Below are positions 49,301-62,990 of a stretch of DNA of 64,000 nucleotides, piece after piece. Location of the stretch: the NCBI GenBank assembly GCA_030704615.1, contig CM060734.1:41974001-42038000 (forward strand). Reading direction: 5' to 3'. A model generated the notes under the pieces. It was given only the letters and a program-made list of their open reading frames with translations. It made no database searches and was not told the DNA's origin. Made by a program: the position numbers and the translations under genes. Positions within the stretch are counted from its first letter, which is position 1, and each line of letters starts with the position of its first letter. Source of the DNA: Takakia lepidozioides. Lineage: Eukaryota > Plantae > Bryophyta.

Positions 49301-50447
49301 CAAGTGCAAGCAGGCCTGGTCAACTCAGAGCTGTTTGCAAGGGAACCTGACAGTGTGGCTCTTGTCCTTAGCCTTTTGGTATGGATTGCATTTTCTTGGC
49401 CTTCCCTTTTCTGGCATTTCGGTTAAGTGAGAAAGGTTTTTTGCTTTCTGTGGCTCTACAGTTTGTTTGTTCTGTGGTTCTTTGTTAACTCTACTTGTGA
49501 CTCTTGTGCCCTTTGGGCCTCCCCCACAACATTTAAGTTTCTTGCTTTATCTCCAGCAATTACCTGCACAGTTTGTGGCATCCGGCGGTGTACCTGCAGA
49601 CATGTAACTCTGGATTACATGCAACTCAGAGTATGGCACTACCTGTTGAAATAACGTTCAAAGATGTCTGTTTGTTTTTCTAAAACAGTTGTGTGCTTGA
49701 TCAACTCTCCAGCATGCAACAGAGTTCAGCGTTAAAACTCATTCCTGAATGTAGTTTCAAAGTTTGTATCTTGCAAATTTACGATAAATTTGACTCCGTA
49801 GTCAGCCAGGGACAAACTGGTGATACCTACTTTTCTTATGATTTTACAGGATGAAGCTGATTTCTATGTGCGATACCACACATTGCAGCTTCTGACAGCT
49901 CTCCTGACAAACTGCCCAGTCAGGTGTGGGCACTGTGTCTCTTACTTTCAGTTTAAGGTGCGTGTACATGTATACATGCTTGCGTGTATGTGTGTATGAT
50001 GAGACAAACACAGAGACAAGGTGCTTTCTGCTAGTGAACTACAAAGAAGAGGCTTGCTTATGGTGCCTGGTGCTGGGGATGGGGATGTACAAATGGGGTG
50101 GATGGATGGGCTTGGGGGGTGGACACGGGAAAGGCTGCAGGAAGTCATATTGGCAACACCGCATGGCATAACGCGCCTCATGGATATGATGCTTGAGCGT
50201 GAGGTACAAATTGTGTAAACTACCTTGTTTTCAAACTGGGCACTCCAACTTCCAATCTCATCCTAGTGTAACCCCAACAAAAGGTGTCTGGGGGAAGCTA
50301 CAATAGAGATCTTGAGGGGAGCGAGCTGTATGACCTTGAGACAAATCCTCTCCCGCACAACAGATTCCCAAGGTCCTGTACAGATCTACCCTAGTCCACT
50401 TTAAGCCACAAGCTGTGCTGCTATGCAAGATGACGTATGATGCATAT

Positions 50448-50496
<49 letters not shown>

Positions 50497-53400
50497 CATA
50501 GCATGCTAGACAAGGAAACACCAAACACAACGTGTTGTGTTTGCCTCTTTTAAATGACATCAGACAGCCTAATTTAGGCACCATGTAACTGTCTCTATCC
50601 AGATCTGCCTCCATACGTCCCTTTACATATCCTTGCTGGAAGTCCAGTGGTTTAGGTGTACAAAGTGGGAATCACATGAACCCTAAACTCTCTTTCCATG
50701 TAGGTACAAGATCCATCCAACCATTCAGAGCAAAAACAGCAGTCGTACGTGTACACAATCAAGTCACTCCCTTAGTCTCTTGCCCTTAGTAGCATTTCCT
50801 GCAATAAAAGAAGGTGAAGTCCATCACACCCAACCAACAAACCAACAGGGTAGTGATCCCTGTGGAACCCCAGGCTTAAACCACCTCACATTTGTTATCA
50901 ATGTGGTCCCTGCAGCAGGTCATACTAGCAAAGAGAGGAAGGTAGGCGAGATCCTTTCAGCCATTTCAGTCAACAATAGGTACACATCTTAGCAGCACCT
51001 ACTTCAGTCCATGCTCCAGAGGGAGGGACTGGTCTCATATCAGTAAGCACGCAATCCCAAAAAGGTGTTACTAGAGCCAAGTACTCAAGCAAGGGACACA
51101 GAGCCTTTGGTTTGCAAAAGTATTCATGGATTCAGAGTAGAGCTTAGTCAAGTCCATGCAAGTTCCTCATAGGGTCAACTCTCTTTATGTTGCCATACAA
51201 AGCAGCCCTTCAAAGTGTTGAAGGAGTCTGAGTGGATACCTTTGTTGTAGCCATAGTTCTGCAGTAAGTTATTCAGCTCATTCAGCCCTTGCCTGCTCCT
51301 CTTCCAAATGAGAAGAGTGGCTGGGCTTTCTAACCTTATTGGGCAGTTGCTTTAGGTTAAGACCTAATGAGTCATCCTGTTCTCCATTTTCCCGTTCCAT
51401 TCTAGGCAAAAAAATCTGAACAGAATAATGGGATCAGGCAAATCTGGAATGCTCTTACAAAGAACTTAGCCACATTCAGGGAGAGAATGTATTCATAAGA
51501 CGTTGTTTGCCACATTCAAGGATAGAAGGAGAGAGAGAGAGAAATCCTCAAGCATCTCATCTTCAGGTTTCCTAATTCAGACACAAGGCATTGGCTACAG
51601 TAAACCAGCCAAGAGAGCAATGTACATTGACCGGATCATGTACAAGGTGTACACACATACTGCAGTACGCTGCTGCTACGGGGCCTAGTGCAAGATACCA
51701 TGGATTAGTTCGCCATCTAATGTCCTGCTTGTTCACTAGGAACCTTCAGGGAGGTACCATTCCCCTTGCCATATTGAAGGATAGAATGTACTCATAAGAC
51801 GTTGTTTGTCGTAGCCTTGTGGCCATTGTAGAGTCGATTAACTTAGGATATCTGATGTTGGACATATGTTGCAGCTGACCCCACCATCTGACCTTGACTT
51901 CATCTCGTCGGGAGCTTAAAGAAGGGATGCCAAACTCAACCCGAACAGTCACATTGGCTGTTTTGGAGCATGCTGACATGCACTCCTTAAGCACCCCCAC
52001 TTGAATGGATTCTAGAGACTTAGCCTGGTTGGAGTTATCAACCCAAATTGCAGATGCGTACTCGAAGGCAGGTCTAATAACGCGACAAAGCATGGTTTTC
52101 TTGACCTCAGCGTTTATCCCCTGCAGTTGGAAAGATTTAGTGAGACCCAGCGCTTTGCGCTTGCCAGTTTGAACAACTTTCTGAATATGTGCATCCCAAC
52201 AACAGTTGGAGGAAAACTCAACACCGAGGTATGTGAAGGAAGGGAGGACTGGAATCTCTTGGCTTCACCACTGCCACTTGGGATCACCTCCTCCCTCTCT
52301 TCGGTCGATGAATGCCACCACTGCACATTTACTGACATTAGCCTCTAGCCCCCAAAGGTCAAAGTATCTCTTTGTGCAATTAATCAACTCCTGCAGACGG
52401 AAGGAGTCTCCCCTATGCCTGGGAAGTCATCCGCAAACATAAGGGCTGGTATGGTGGCATCATAGAGAGAGAGCCAGAGGGATTAGGCAATTCTTGAGTG
52501 TTGTCACAAAGAACATTCAGGGAGAGAGAGAAGAAAAGTTTATGATGTCCATGGAACGCCCAGATGGTCTATGGGATGAATAAAAAGAGACTAAATGAGT
52601 GTACTAAAAAACACCAAGCATCATCATAAGAGAGATTCATACCCAGTTTCTGTCGGTACAATACATTTTGGAAACTGGTGCATGCAGGTTATACGCAATG
52701 AAGCATTGATAGTGCTGGCATACCTCACTCGCTCTGCAGAGGTACCATTTGTCTTTCTTGTTGCAAAGTCTGCAGTTGTTTTGATCAGATACTCTTTTTT
52801 GGCTCTAGTTCACTGTAGGGCAGAAATCTGCTAAAGCCGAAGGTTCAGGAGATGAGGTATTTTCTGCATATACACTCGCATACGTGACCCCTCCCCATAC
52901 ACAGCTAATGTGAGGCCTTGTTTCTTGAAGTACAGGAGATACAAAAAATAGTTGTGTTTGAGGGTGCATTTGACCGGCTGTTCAACATCATAAGGGAAGA
53001 AGGAGGTTCAGAGGGCGGCATAATCGTGCAGGTATTCCTGTTTGAGAGGGTTTGGTCAGGCAACTCCTATTTATGTCTTTATAGATAAGAATTTGTACTG
53101 TCAAAGAATGGTTTGGGATCTTAAAGTCTACAACCTACCTCACTCCAACTTGTATCTTCTTTCCAGTTCTCCTATTGACAGAACACGTGGAAACATCTGT
53201 GAATGTACCGTAGTTACTCTTGGACATAATGCAGCAATGTTCATTGCTGTGCCAATGTCTTGTGTTGTGGTCCTGGTATGTTTTTTGTCCAAGTTTATCA
53301 TAGTGTACATGTAAGCTCACAGATATTAAATATGATGGGACAACAGGACTGTCTGGAGCTGCTCAACAACCTGTTACGCAACAATCCCTCCAATCAGGTC

Positions 53401-56400
53401 AACCATTTGTGTTTTAATGTGCACTGAAGGTGAAAACAGACTCTCTGTTTGAGGGGCAACCATATACTGAAACCTGAAATGGTTGTTCCTGCATGGCACA
53501 ATGATGATGCACATTGAATCTGAGACAAGTCTAGCCCAGCTTTTTCTCACAGTACCTGGAGTGATGTAGTGGACTACAGATCTTTTTGCGGGAGACGTTG
53601 GGTTTGCAACATGTGGCATCCCTTTTGAAACTGCGGAAGGGCAGTGCAGATGGATTTACACAACAGAAGGTAACAGTCCACATTTTTGCGCTTAGAAGGA
53701 ATGCATTCAGGGTGTTTGTCCATTTGGTCTCCCTCTCTGTGGTAACCTAGTTATGGGCTTCAGAGTATTGATTGCAGAGTGCTGCTGTGAAAAGTGATGT
53801 AGCTAGAGCAGTTAGCCTGACCAGCTTTTTACACACAAGAGACAAACAGAAAGACTTTATGATGTCCGCAGGGGGTCCTGAAAGCCGACAAAGCAGAAGA
53901 AAGAAGAAAGAGTTTTAGAGGGTCAACAGTTTTCCAGGAAACACAGTTTGTGCTCTCCTTTTTCATAAAACACCTGTACACATTTACTACATTATCAATT
54001 AATCCATTTCGGGAACTATCTGAGGCATAAAGCTCTCCCCAGCACCACATTAACAGTTTGTGGTGTATTGCTAATCCTCATCCTCCTAGAGTCTTTTACT
54101 AAATCCAAATACCAAAAACTCCCCTGGATCAATGAGAGCCAGAGTGTAGAGAGGTTGTCAAGATCAATGAAGTTTTCTGGTCATGGAATGCAGCCATAAG
54201 CAAAAACTGCTCTGTACCTGTGTAATTATAGCTTAAAAATTCGCGCAAATAGCAATCATGCGGATGCAAGCCCTTCCATCTGAAGACAGTCTATAGCATC
54301 GACTTCAGTGGTGTGTTCTGGTGGAAGCTGTGGTAGTAGGTCTATGAGCCCCAGGCTATACGACTTTGCAACTATTCCTACGCTTCAAATTCCCCTTCCA
54401 TACATAAAGAGAATGTGTGTGTGTGCATGTGGGTGCATGCTTATTTTCAGTATTTCCACTCAACTGAAAGAGTCCTGATTTGGGAAATATCTGAATATGA
54501 AAGATGGGGCTGTCTTGGGGAGGACAGTCCGTCAATTTGCTGTGTGCATTGGAGACTGTGGCGCTGTTGTTGGCGGGTGGTCGAAATTCAGAGCCTGGAA
54601 AGGACGCCAATGTAGTCGCGAATCAAACAGTGTTTGCACAGGTTTTTAAACCATTTGTCTGGTTTCATCTTCTGATCTCAAGATGGATTCAGGAATAGCT
54701 TTATTGATTTCATTTGGCTTGTGCGGGGTGGCATACAGTCATCATAGCCTTTCAGTGGATCGTAGCAGTAGCGCTACTTACAATACCTCATCCCATATTT
54801 AAGTCGTCTGCCCGTTTTACAGGAATGAGAACATTTTCTCTCTCTCTCTCTCACTGACTTGTTGCTGACTGAATGGAATATATAGAATTGCTGTTGTCAG
54901 ATTTCTACTGGGCTAAGGAATAATGGGGTGTGGGAGTGCAGAACAAACTTCTAGACACTTTGCTGGCCCTTTGTGTTGAAGGCCGTGTGTCGGCAGTGGC
55001 AATTCGGTGTTCGGTTTGTCCCCTAACTTGGGTATCATCTGAGTCTTTTGATTTCTAGTCCAGGACTGGTTGCAGATGTTACCGCCAGATTGAAATGCGG
55101 ACTCCTTAAAAATCATAAGTATTCAATGATTACACCAGTCACAGTCACAATCATCTAAAGTTAACCACAGTTGTTCCAGTCAATTGATGCCATCACTTAG
55201 TAAGTGCATCTGTGTTTGCATAAAAAATTGTGTGTAACTTTGCGTCAAAGCAGGTGTTTGAAAGAAGTGTGTTGAGAGTGATAGTGTTTCAGGTGTTTCA
55301 GGTGAGCCAATGTGGCTTAGTTACAGCTTTCTTCTAATGTGGAGTCTGTAATCAGACCAGCAACAATTTTAAAACCCCCATTAGTCTCTTCCCACCAGCT
55401 GAAATGAGCTTACTCGAACCCCCTATGTAGTAAAATGTACAAGGCAAAATAAAGTCGAGTTGGATTATCTATGGCCCTGCCTGTGTGCAACTGGTATCTT
55501 TCATAAAAGTTAAGTTGCGCTTGTGGCAGGCACTCAGGTGTGTGGGTGATTTTGTGGTCGGGCACCCCGGAAATAGGGACCTTCTTGGCAGCAAAATCAT
55601 CGGCGAGGAGCCTGACCCTGAGCCTGCACTCAATTGTGTGTTACGAGTTCTGCTTCGTGCTACAAACTTGAGTGAGTGCATTGCTGCAGAATATGTCTTC
55701 AAATGTTTTTGCGAGGTACTATACTTTCGCTCCATTGTGTAAATGTTTCCTTCATTACTAAATGACACAGGTACATGATTAATGATTGACTTTTTCGTGT
55801 AACACCCGTCCTCGGAAAATTGGCAACATGGATGAAGGAAAGTACAAACAAGCTCAGTTGTAAGATGAAAGATAACCATATTTGTGTGGGGGGTATTGCG
55901 TCTTTGTGAGGAAGGGTATTGATTGTTATAACTTCTTTGGGGAACAGTATTTAAGGGCATGTAGGAAATGTCGGAAGTGAACAAGTGAAATCCCGGTGTA
56001 GTTATGTTGAGCCTCTTCACACTTTTTGGTAACCAAGTAGCTCAGAAATGAAAGACCTTGCCACCTTGTGGTGCAATTGAACAGGAGGTGGCCTACCTGT
56101 TTGCAGTGATTCATGCACCTGGGATAAAAAGAGACATATCTAATTTGGGCATGATAGTTAGGGCCAGTAACCTGTTCTGGTGCGTTGTAATTGGTACACT
56201 GCTGAAAGATGCCCTCTTGGAAACATCAATAAAACTATCACCGCAGCTCTTGTCATTTAGTTCAAGTGGTCGGAGACAGTGCTGGTTTGTGACACACCTT
56301 TGTACAATCCCTACCGAAACTCAATGTTAAGGTCAGAGTTTTCCTGTGAATGTCTCTGAACTCAACGACATCCTCAATAGGTAGTCCCCACTATGGGAGG

Positions 56401-59400
56401 GAGCCTTCAGCAACTGGTAGGTGGCCCCGATGTCCTTCTGGGGCCCTCCCCCTCTCTGCTCCATACAAACACAGACCAATGAGGATGGCATGATGTCCCT
56501 TTCTCTTCTACCTGTAGTGGCAGCCTTCTTTTTTGTGATGTTATCAAACCAATTTGACTGAGTGCATAGCAGCAGTTATATTTGGAAAGGGACATCTTTG
56601 ATGGTGAATGAACCATACATGGTTGCCTTCATATCTACAGGGAAATCCAGATGGGCAGACATTGCTAGCATCCACGATCACACCACTCCCACACTCGAAT
56701 ATACAAGGCAACATCAAGAAAGTGGAAGCTGACCATCACATGTCATTTGGAAGGTCTATACATGTACTTACAAACACAATCATACCGTGTGTATGCATGC
56801 ATGCATGAACAACCAAACTCAGTGGTTAGGGCACTGTGGCCCACACTTTGGTGATACTGGGTTCAAATTCTCACAGATCTTTGTTATGCAGTAAATCCAG
56901 CTAGAGCAGGGGTCGCCTAGCATGTCACCCACCAACTGGGCATATCGGTTGTCAGCCATAATAAGCATCTCAACACCATGGGCCCTGGCAAATCTAGCCA
57001 AAGGTTCTAGAAAAGTGTAGGGTGGATAAGTATTCAAGCTCTTACAACCCAGAATCATCCTGTATCTTAAGTTTGGTCCTAATCCTTTACATTAAGGAAA
57101 CATTGCGTAGAAAGCCCTTTGAGTCGGAATGAAAACCGGATGTCGACCCTGGTTTCCTGGATAAAGGGCCTCATAATCATGCAGCAGGGTAAGTGCATAA
57201 GTAGGTGTATACATATCCACATATTTTGCATCTTTCTGAATGCATGTTGCTGGTATACTTAACACAGCCTGCCTAAAATGCCCCATTTTGGTTATCAAAA
57301 GTGTGTGCGGCGAGCTCCTTCAAGTAGCTATATCACCTTGGATTCCCTCTCCATTTTCATAATCAAATGAAAAGAATGCCAATTGAACTTGATCTTGCAC
57401 TGGTCTTTTAAAGAATTCCATTACTGTTTCTAATGAGCATCTGAATGGGGCCGGGTGCAGTATGTTGGTGAGAGCACTTATATCGAGTGATGGCCGCAAT
57501 GATCTGGAGGTACTCTCACAATGTAACTCAACCTTTCATCAAAAGACAGATGGGCAAACATGGCATGCTGGTGTACAAAAATGGCTGTTATGTGGGCTGA
57601 CAAGATTTGATTATGTTTTGATGATTTGAAGGTGAAAGTGTGCAAGGTGGGTCGGACATGAAATGTGCACCTTTTAATCCTCTCAAGTGCTGATTGGTGG
57701 GCTGCAGGCTAGCTGCAGGGCAGCAAGTGTCTTGTCCCACATACTGAAGGACAATGTACAATGTAAAGAGAGGGTACATTCTCTAACTCATGCCTTCTGA
57801 CCTCTCCACATCTCTCACCAGGGTCTTTGGGCACCTTCCAACTCGGTTCTTGGACCCTACAGATTTAGACAGGAAAGAAAGCACCCTGACACTAAAATCT
57901 GCCCTGTCTGTACCACATGAGTAGAGACAGGGTAGCACTTTCTTTTGTTCTATCATACATTCTATGAGATCAGAGGCCAGATACTATACACTTTTTAGAG
58001 ATTCCCTGGCTTTGGCAGAGCCATTCCATCTTGAAGACCAGAAGTGCTTTGCCGCTTACCTGGCACAAGGCACTTTGCTCTTGGGCGAGATTTGGAGTCT
58101 TCTGATGTGGTTTTGTCTTGTATGCCATGGGCCCCTGAAGTCTTAGAATGGATGAGTGTTTCAACAGGTACTGCGAATTCCACTTGAAATTCCATCCTCT
58201 TCACTGGCTCCACCTGAGCTTTTGATGCCCCGCTGTATGAGGTACCTCGCAGCCGCATACCCAACCTCCTCTGATAAGTCAACCCAGTATAACATTGCCA
58301 TCTCTGCTTTGCCGGCTGCGGGGTCTGTGTGGCTTCAGCCAGTGCTATTGCGGCTTCTTGTTACATGGTTGGCTGACTGCCCATCAGCTGTTGCTGCATT
58401 CTTGGACCCACCAGCCCACCTCCCCTTCGTGGTGGAGCTGACTGCCAGCAATGGGTCGCCAGCAAGCGTCCATGTGGCAGGCCTAGCAACGGTCCTATTG
58501 GGTGAATGCATTATATACAATGCTGAGCAGTGCTCGACGGATGCTTCAGTGGTTGTGGACATCATCAGTCAGAGAGTAGGACTTACAAATTACTTTCGAA
58601 AATGGGAAGAGATGGAGAAAAGTGCACTTTTCATGTCTGCAGCCTCAGCATCACGGCTTCCAAAACCCCTGACAAGACTGACGGCAGCTGCTGCAGCAGC
58701 TGGGGATGGTTTGGGATCTGTTCCATCTGACCAGCAGCAGCAGATTCAGAGCTTTGCAACATCAAGCAATGGGAATACAACAGAGCCCTTGGTGACAACT
58801 TTCTACGACACCGAATTTGTGTCCTTTATCAAGCAGTTAGAACCTACTGGGAGAGAGAGGATAGTCAAGGTTTTTGCTCACCCTAAGAGCCGAGTTGCAC
58901 TTGACACTGTGGGTTTTGCACCAAAAAATGGAGAAAGAGAGAGCGACTACATTGCACGCCTACGGTCTTTGCTGCAGAGTCAAGCTCAAGAATTGCAGGT
59001 ACCCTTTTGTGGTTTCTCAGGCTTAAGTAGCATGGTTCTGGTTCTCAACATCAAGACTTGGATCAGTTTACTCATAGATGTATCCTTTGCTTTAAGCCTG
59101 GTTCTGGTTCTCAACATCATGATTTGGATCATTTTACTCATAGATGTACCCTTTTGCACGTCTCTTTCTAGGATCTTTTGGAACGGAATTCAGCACTGGC
59201 AGAAGATCTGCTTGCGAGAACGGATGGGAGGGAGGGCGCACCAACAGGGAACGACAACATGACGAGGTCAAGTAAGCGTGGGCAAGGGGGTGGGGTGGCC
59301 AAGGCTGAGGTTGAGTCCATCCAACAAAAACTTTTAGAGGCACAGCAGTGGGGGTTTGCTGCCCGGGAGGAAAAAGTTTTGCTTGAGCAGGAACTTATTT

Positions 59401-59771
59401 CCGTTAAGCAGAATGCAGGGAAGCATGAGGCTGACCTACAGGACCTTTCCAACGCATACAATATGCTTGAGCAAGTCAACTACCGACTGGAGGGGGAGGT
59501 TAAAAGCTTGCGAGCAGCTGTGCAGGAAGGGGCAATTGTTCCTTTGTCTCCCTCAAGGGAACAACTGGAGGCTGCTCGTGAGGAAGGTCGGCAAGAAGCT
59601 CAAAAGGATAGTGAGGGTGAATTAAACGACTTGCTAGTGTGCTTGGGTCAGGAGGAAAGCAAAGTGGAAAGATTGCGTACACGGCTCGAAGAACTTGGCG
59701 AGGATGTTGATGCACTACTTGAAGGAATTGGAGACAACGAGGGAGAGGTAGAGGTAGAGGAGGACGACTAA
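46305..59771 (+). CDS. GC6: Golgin candidate 6 / USO1-p115 vesicle tether, ~964 aa; 19 exons: 46305-46349, 47367-47422, 48527-48654, 48831-48883, 49232-49378, 49850-49923, 50134-50203, 52688-52741, 52936-53031, 53347-53397, 53580-53669, 54528-54641, 54942-55013, 55530-55715, 56641-56753, 57461-57509, 57708-57773, 58168-58998, 59172-59771
   Basis: LLERISNGKLADDRR, DFYVRYHTLQLLTALL, VIRNEALIVL, EIQKIVVFEGAFDRLFNII, DCLELLNNLLRNNPSNQ and C-terminal NDLLVCLGQEESKVERL...EEDD. Exons sum to 2895 nt in frame. Exon 1 is the least certain. Confidence 0.95.
50447..50491. repeat. (GT)n(GA)n compound microsatellite in GC6 intron 7
   Basis: Direct observation. Confidence 0.95.
51746..52445 (-). mobile_element. 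Non-LTR retrotransposon RT fragment (RTE-X/CR1-like) in GC6 intron 7
   Basis: Minus strand: LMFADDF...LQELI...WGLEANVSKCAVV...FTYLGVEF...VIRPAFEYASAIW...LESIQ...VRVEFGIPSL, with a frameshift and a stop. Confidence 0.85.
56815..56875 (+). mobile_element. Degenerate tRNA-derived SINE head in GC6 intron 15
   Basis: A-box-like CTCAGTGGTTAG and B-box-like GGGTTCAAATTC at tRNA-like spacing; no intact cloverleaf. Confidence 0.4.
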
Positions 59772-60509
59772 ACTAAATGCTTAAAAAGTTTGATTACCAA
59801 GTCATCCTGGTTGACAAAAGCAATTCAGTGGATTCAGACTGCTGCGTGTGGGGCACAGCTATCAGAGATCAGTGTACTACAAAGGTACAATCCATCTCAG
59901 GTTGCAGATCGTGGTTTGGATCCTTTGTTTGCTGCACGGTGCTGATTGTCTCTGTAATTATAAGCTTTTTGGTGCAGAATGTGAATACTTTTTAGGAGGC
60001 AAGTACTTGCCTCCAACCCTTGTGGAGGTCATTACATCCATGAGAATGAACGGTACACCCTGTCATTGAGCCATTCTGCAGTCGTTCAGTATCTGCTTGG
60101 ACTCTTGCACTTACACTGGTAACTGTACTCAGAAACGGGCAATCCAAAAATGAATAAATCACATGGAGAGGTACAGGAGGAAGTCACTCAATCCAGCTGT
60201 TCTATCTTGCTATCAAGGGAATGTAATTCAATACGGAAGCTCCGAACGTTGTTTTCTGGACTTGTGTCTATTTCACTTCATACTTCTAATTGGTCTCCTG
60301 TGATTCTTCCAAAATTCGTAACCGACTGCAGGGTCTTTGCAATGAAATGAAACCAACGCGAAACAAGCAGCTAACTTTGTGCAGAAAATTAAAGGCCCAC
60401 ACTAGTTTTTTTCTCTGGCGAAAAATCGCCGGATTTTGGCCTTGGAAAAAGGGTCAGCTACTTGTACAAAGGATATGGTGGTTAAACACCGAAAAATTCG
60501 CCACTAGTT

Positions 60510-62240
60510 GAATATAGAAGCCTCATCTAGCCTAGGTGGACTTGTTAAAATTTGCAACCTGTGATATAGCCACTTTTCTAACCTTGCCACCTCGTTATCC
60601 TTGCCAATGAGACCCGTTGAGCACAATTTTTTGGGGAATAGTCCTAGGGCTTCCACGATTACCCACTTACACCTAGTATGCTGGGTAGAATCTACATGTG
60701 GTCCTTGTTGTGATTTTGGAAAAAAGACTCCTGGAAACTCATCCTTCGGAGGGGTAGAGGGCAGCCAGCCCCCCACACCTGGGTGGCCGCTTCTGGGAAA
60801 CCATACTCAATCATGTATGTGACTGAGGCCCGCCACGGCATCCTCGCTGGCTTCACCTTTAAGGCAGATAGCTTCTCGGGATTCCTAAGCCTTTTCTCCC
60901 AAACCACCCAATCTCTAGTAGGCAAGGATCTGCCAATGGTCCTCCAAATCCAAGGACTTCAACCCCTCCGTTCCGGAAAATGTGCCCCTTCTTCCTTGGC
61001 TTTCAACGACCTCCTTTGCATGGATTGGAGGCACTTCGGTGCAAGAGCTCCAGTTGGACCCAGGGGAATGGAAATGGAAATTTGGAACCTCTCCCACTTC
61101 TTTCTTCTCCTACTCGGCTAAGAAAGCTTATAGAGCCCTTCTCAATGCTACACCATTGTATGCTAAGTGGAATGGGAAGTGGAACCATGACAGTTTCCAG
61201 GACGAAAACTGGGAATGCATCTAGAAAAATGTATGGGAAAAGTCCAAACCTGCCAGAGTCAGTGCTTTCCTCTGGCAGGTAGCGAACAGGGTGCTCAAAG
61301 TTGGTCACTTCCTAAACTTTCCAGAAGCCCTGCTCTGTCAAACAGGATCGATTGAACCCCTCGAACATTGCCTTATTCACTGCCAGGCTCCTCGGCTTAT
61401 ATGGCCCTTTGTGGGATCCCTCTACACTGCCTGGGAGCCTCTACCATCCAACCAAGTGATGCTGCTACTCAACTATGATAAATCTTCTAAGTCAATAGCC
61501 CTCAAATGTCCTGTCTTTGAAGCATTGAGAGGAGTAACACTATGGCATTTATGGAAGGCAAGATGTAATTGGTCACTGGTCGGCACCAACTCTACTGCCA
61601 TTGCTACACTGACCAAAATTTTCTTTGACCTCACCATTGCGGCTAAAATCGCTTGGGCTAAAGTTTGTGCAGGCATCGTGGGGAGAGGCAGCATCATTTG
61701 CAATTGTGCAGGTCCAAACGTCCAGACTCCTATGAATGGCCAAGGGATATCCCCCTACAATGGCGAAGGCACAGATCCCTCCTCTTCCGCCTCCCCTGAA
61801 TTCGATAAATCTGATGTGAATTGGAAGCATGTTAAGGCCTCCACGAGGACAAACCTCTTCTACAGATAGATCTCTCGGCTTCTGGGCTCTAAGCAGTTTT
61901 CAATGTCTCTTTCGGTCTCTCTCATCCCTCCGCAATCAACCTTGGTAGACTGCTCTAGGGATTGTAATGTCGGGGCTTAAAGCTCTGGTTATCTGGTTTG
62001 CCCAACAGCATGGTTCGGCCTCTCCGGCTCTCCAAACACGTTCTTAGTGTGTCTTTTGCTGTCAGTCTTGCAGCATGTTATTGTTCTCGGTATATCAGTC
62101 ACTGTACGCCGTGTGTGTAAAAGCCTTATGGCAGCCTACGGGCATCAAGGGTTTTAATTTTTTTCCCTTCAATAATTCGAATAAATTAACCAGGGCCTTT
62201 GCCCTGTTCCCCAAAAAACAAAAAAACCAAAAAAACAATA
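60510..62240 (+). mobile_element. 5'-truncated L1-clade LINE (ORF2 C-terminus, zf-RVT region, 3'UTR, A-rich tail)
   Basis: ...YSAKKAYRAL..W...; EPLEHCLIHC...W; LWHLWKARC. Hairpin CAGGGC-CTTT-GCCCTG at 62191-62206, then an A-rich tail from ~62213. Confidence 0.8.
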
Positions 62241-62329
62241 AGCAATAAACAATAAACATTGGCACACCCGCTTTGTGACCTTCAATTAGCAAATAGAAGG
62301 AAGCCAGATAAAATGAGTGACTTAGTCAT

Positions 62330-62990
62330 GAGCTTAAATCTACAAGAATTCGCTGTCAGCCGTGCTTATGTTCTCTGGCGTCTTTGGAAAGCTCGCTGCT
62401 TATTATTGTTTGATGACAGGAAATTTGCGGTAAGTGATTGTTCACTAAGTTCACTCAGACATAATGTCTGAGGCTCAAAAGAATTGGCTCGTGCTTCTTG
62501 CAGCTATTTGCAAATGCGGAGGAGATCGAAAACATGCGGAGCTTCTTTCGACCATTCCTGGGGAGACAGAGGCCTTCTCTGTATAGGGATTTCAGATGAG
62601 TGAGTTTTTTGGAACGACTCCAGCCTGCCGGGCTAGCAGGTCATTTAGCACCAAGATGTCACCTGCAGATGGAGAAGAATCTGAGATCAACTGGGCCACT
62701 GTCCTGGCTTTAGGAAGGGCAAATCTAGTTTCCATCTGCAGTCTTCACTGTCCCTCCTGTCTCTAACTTTTCATGCATAGCACACCTGCTTACTCGGGAA
62801 TCTTCAACCTGTTTCCCTCTCCCATAGTTTTCCTGATATGCTTGGAGCTGTTCTCCTGGGTTACAGAGCAGTGCCTCTTTTTGAAGTCTCCATGCCTGTT
62901 TTGCAAGGTTATTTTTTCCTTGAGCCATGCAATAAATTTTATGACTCAAACCCTCAAAATAAAAACAAAAACAAAAACAAAAAACAAACA
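62330..62990 (+). mobile_element. Second short L1-like fragment
   Basis: AYVLWRLWKARCLLLFDD motif at ~62365-62420 and an A-rich (AAAAC)n run at ~62960-62990; boundaries are approximate. Confidence 0.55.

Noticed and set aside
56815-56890. tRNA gene
   Set aside because: A/B-box-like motifs are present but there is no acceptor or anticodon stem pairing; kept only as a possible SINE head.
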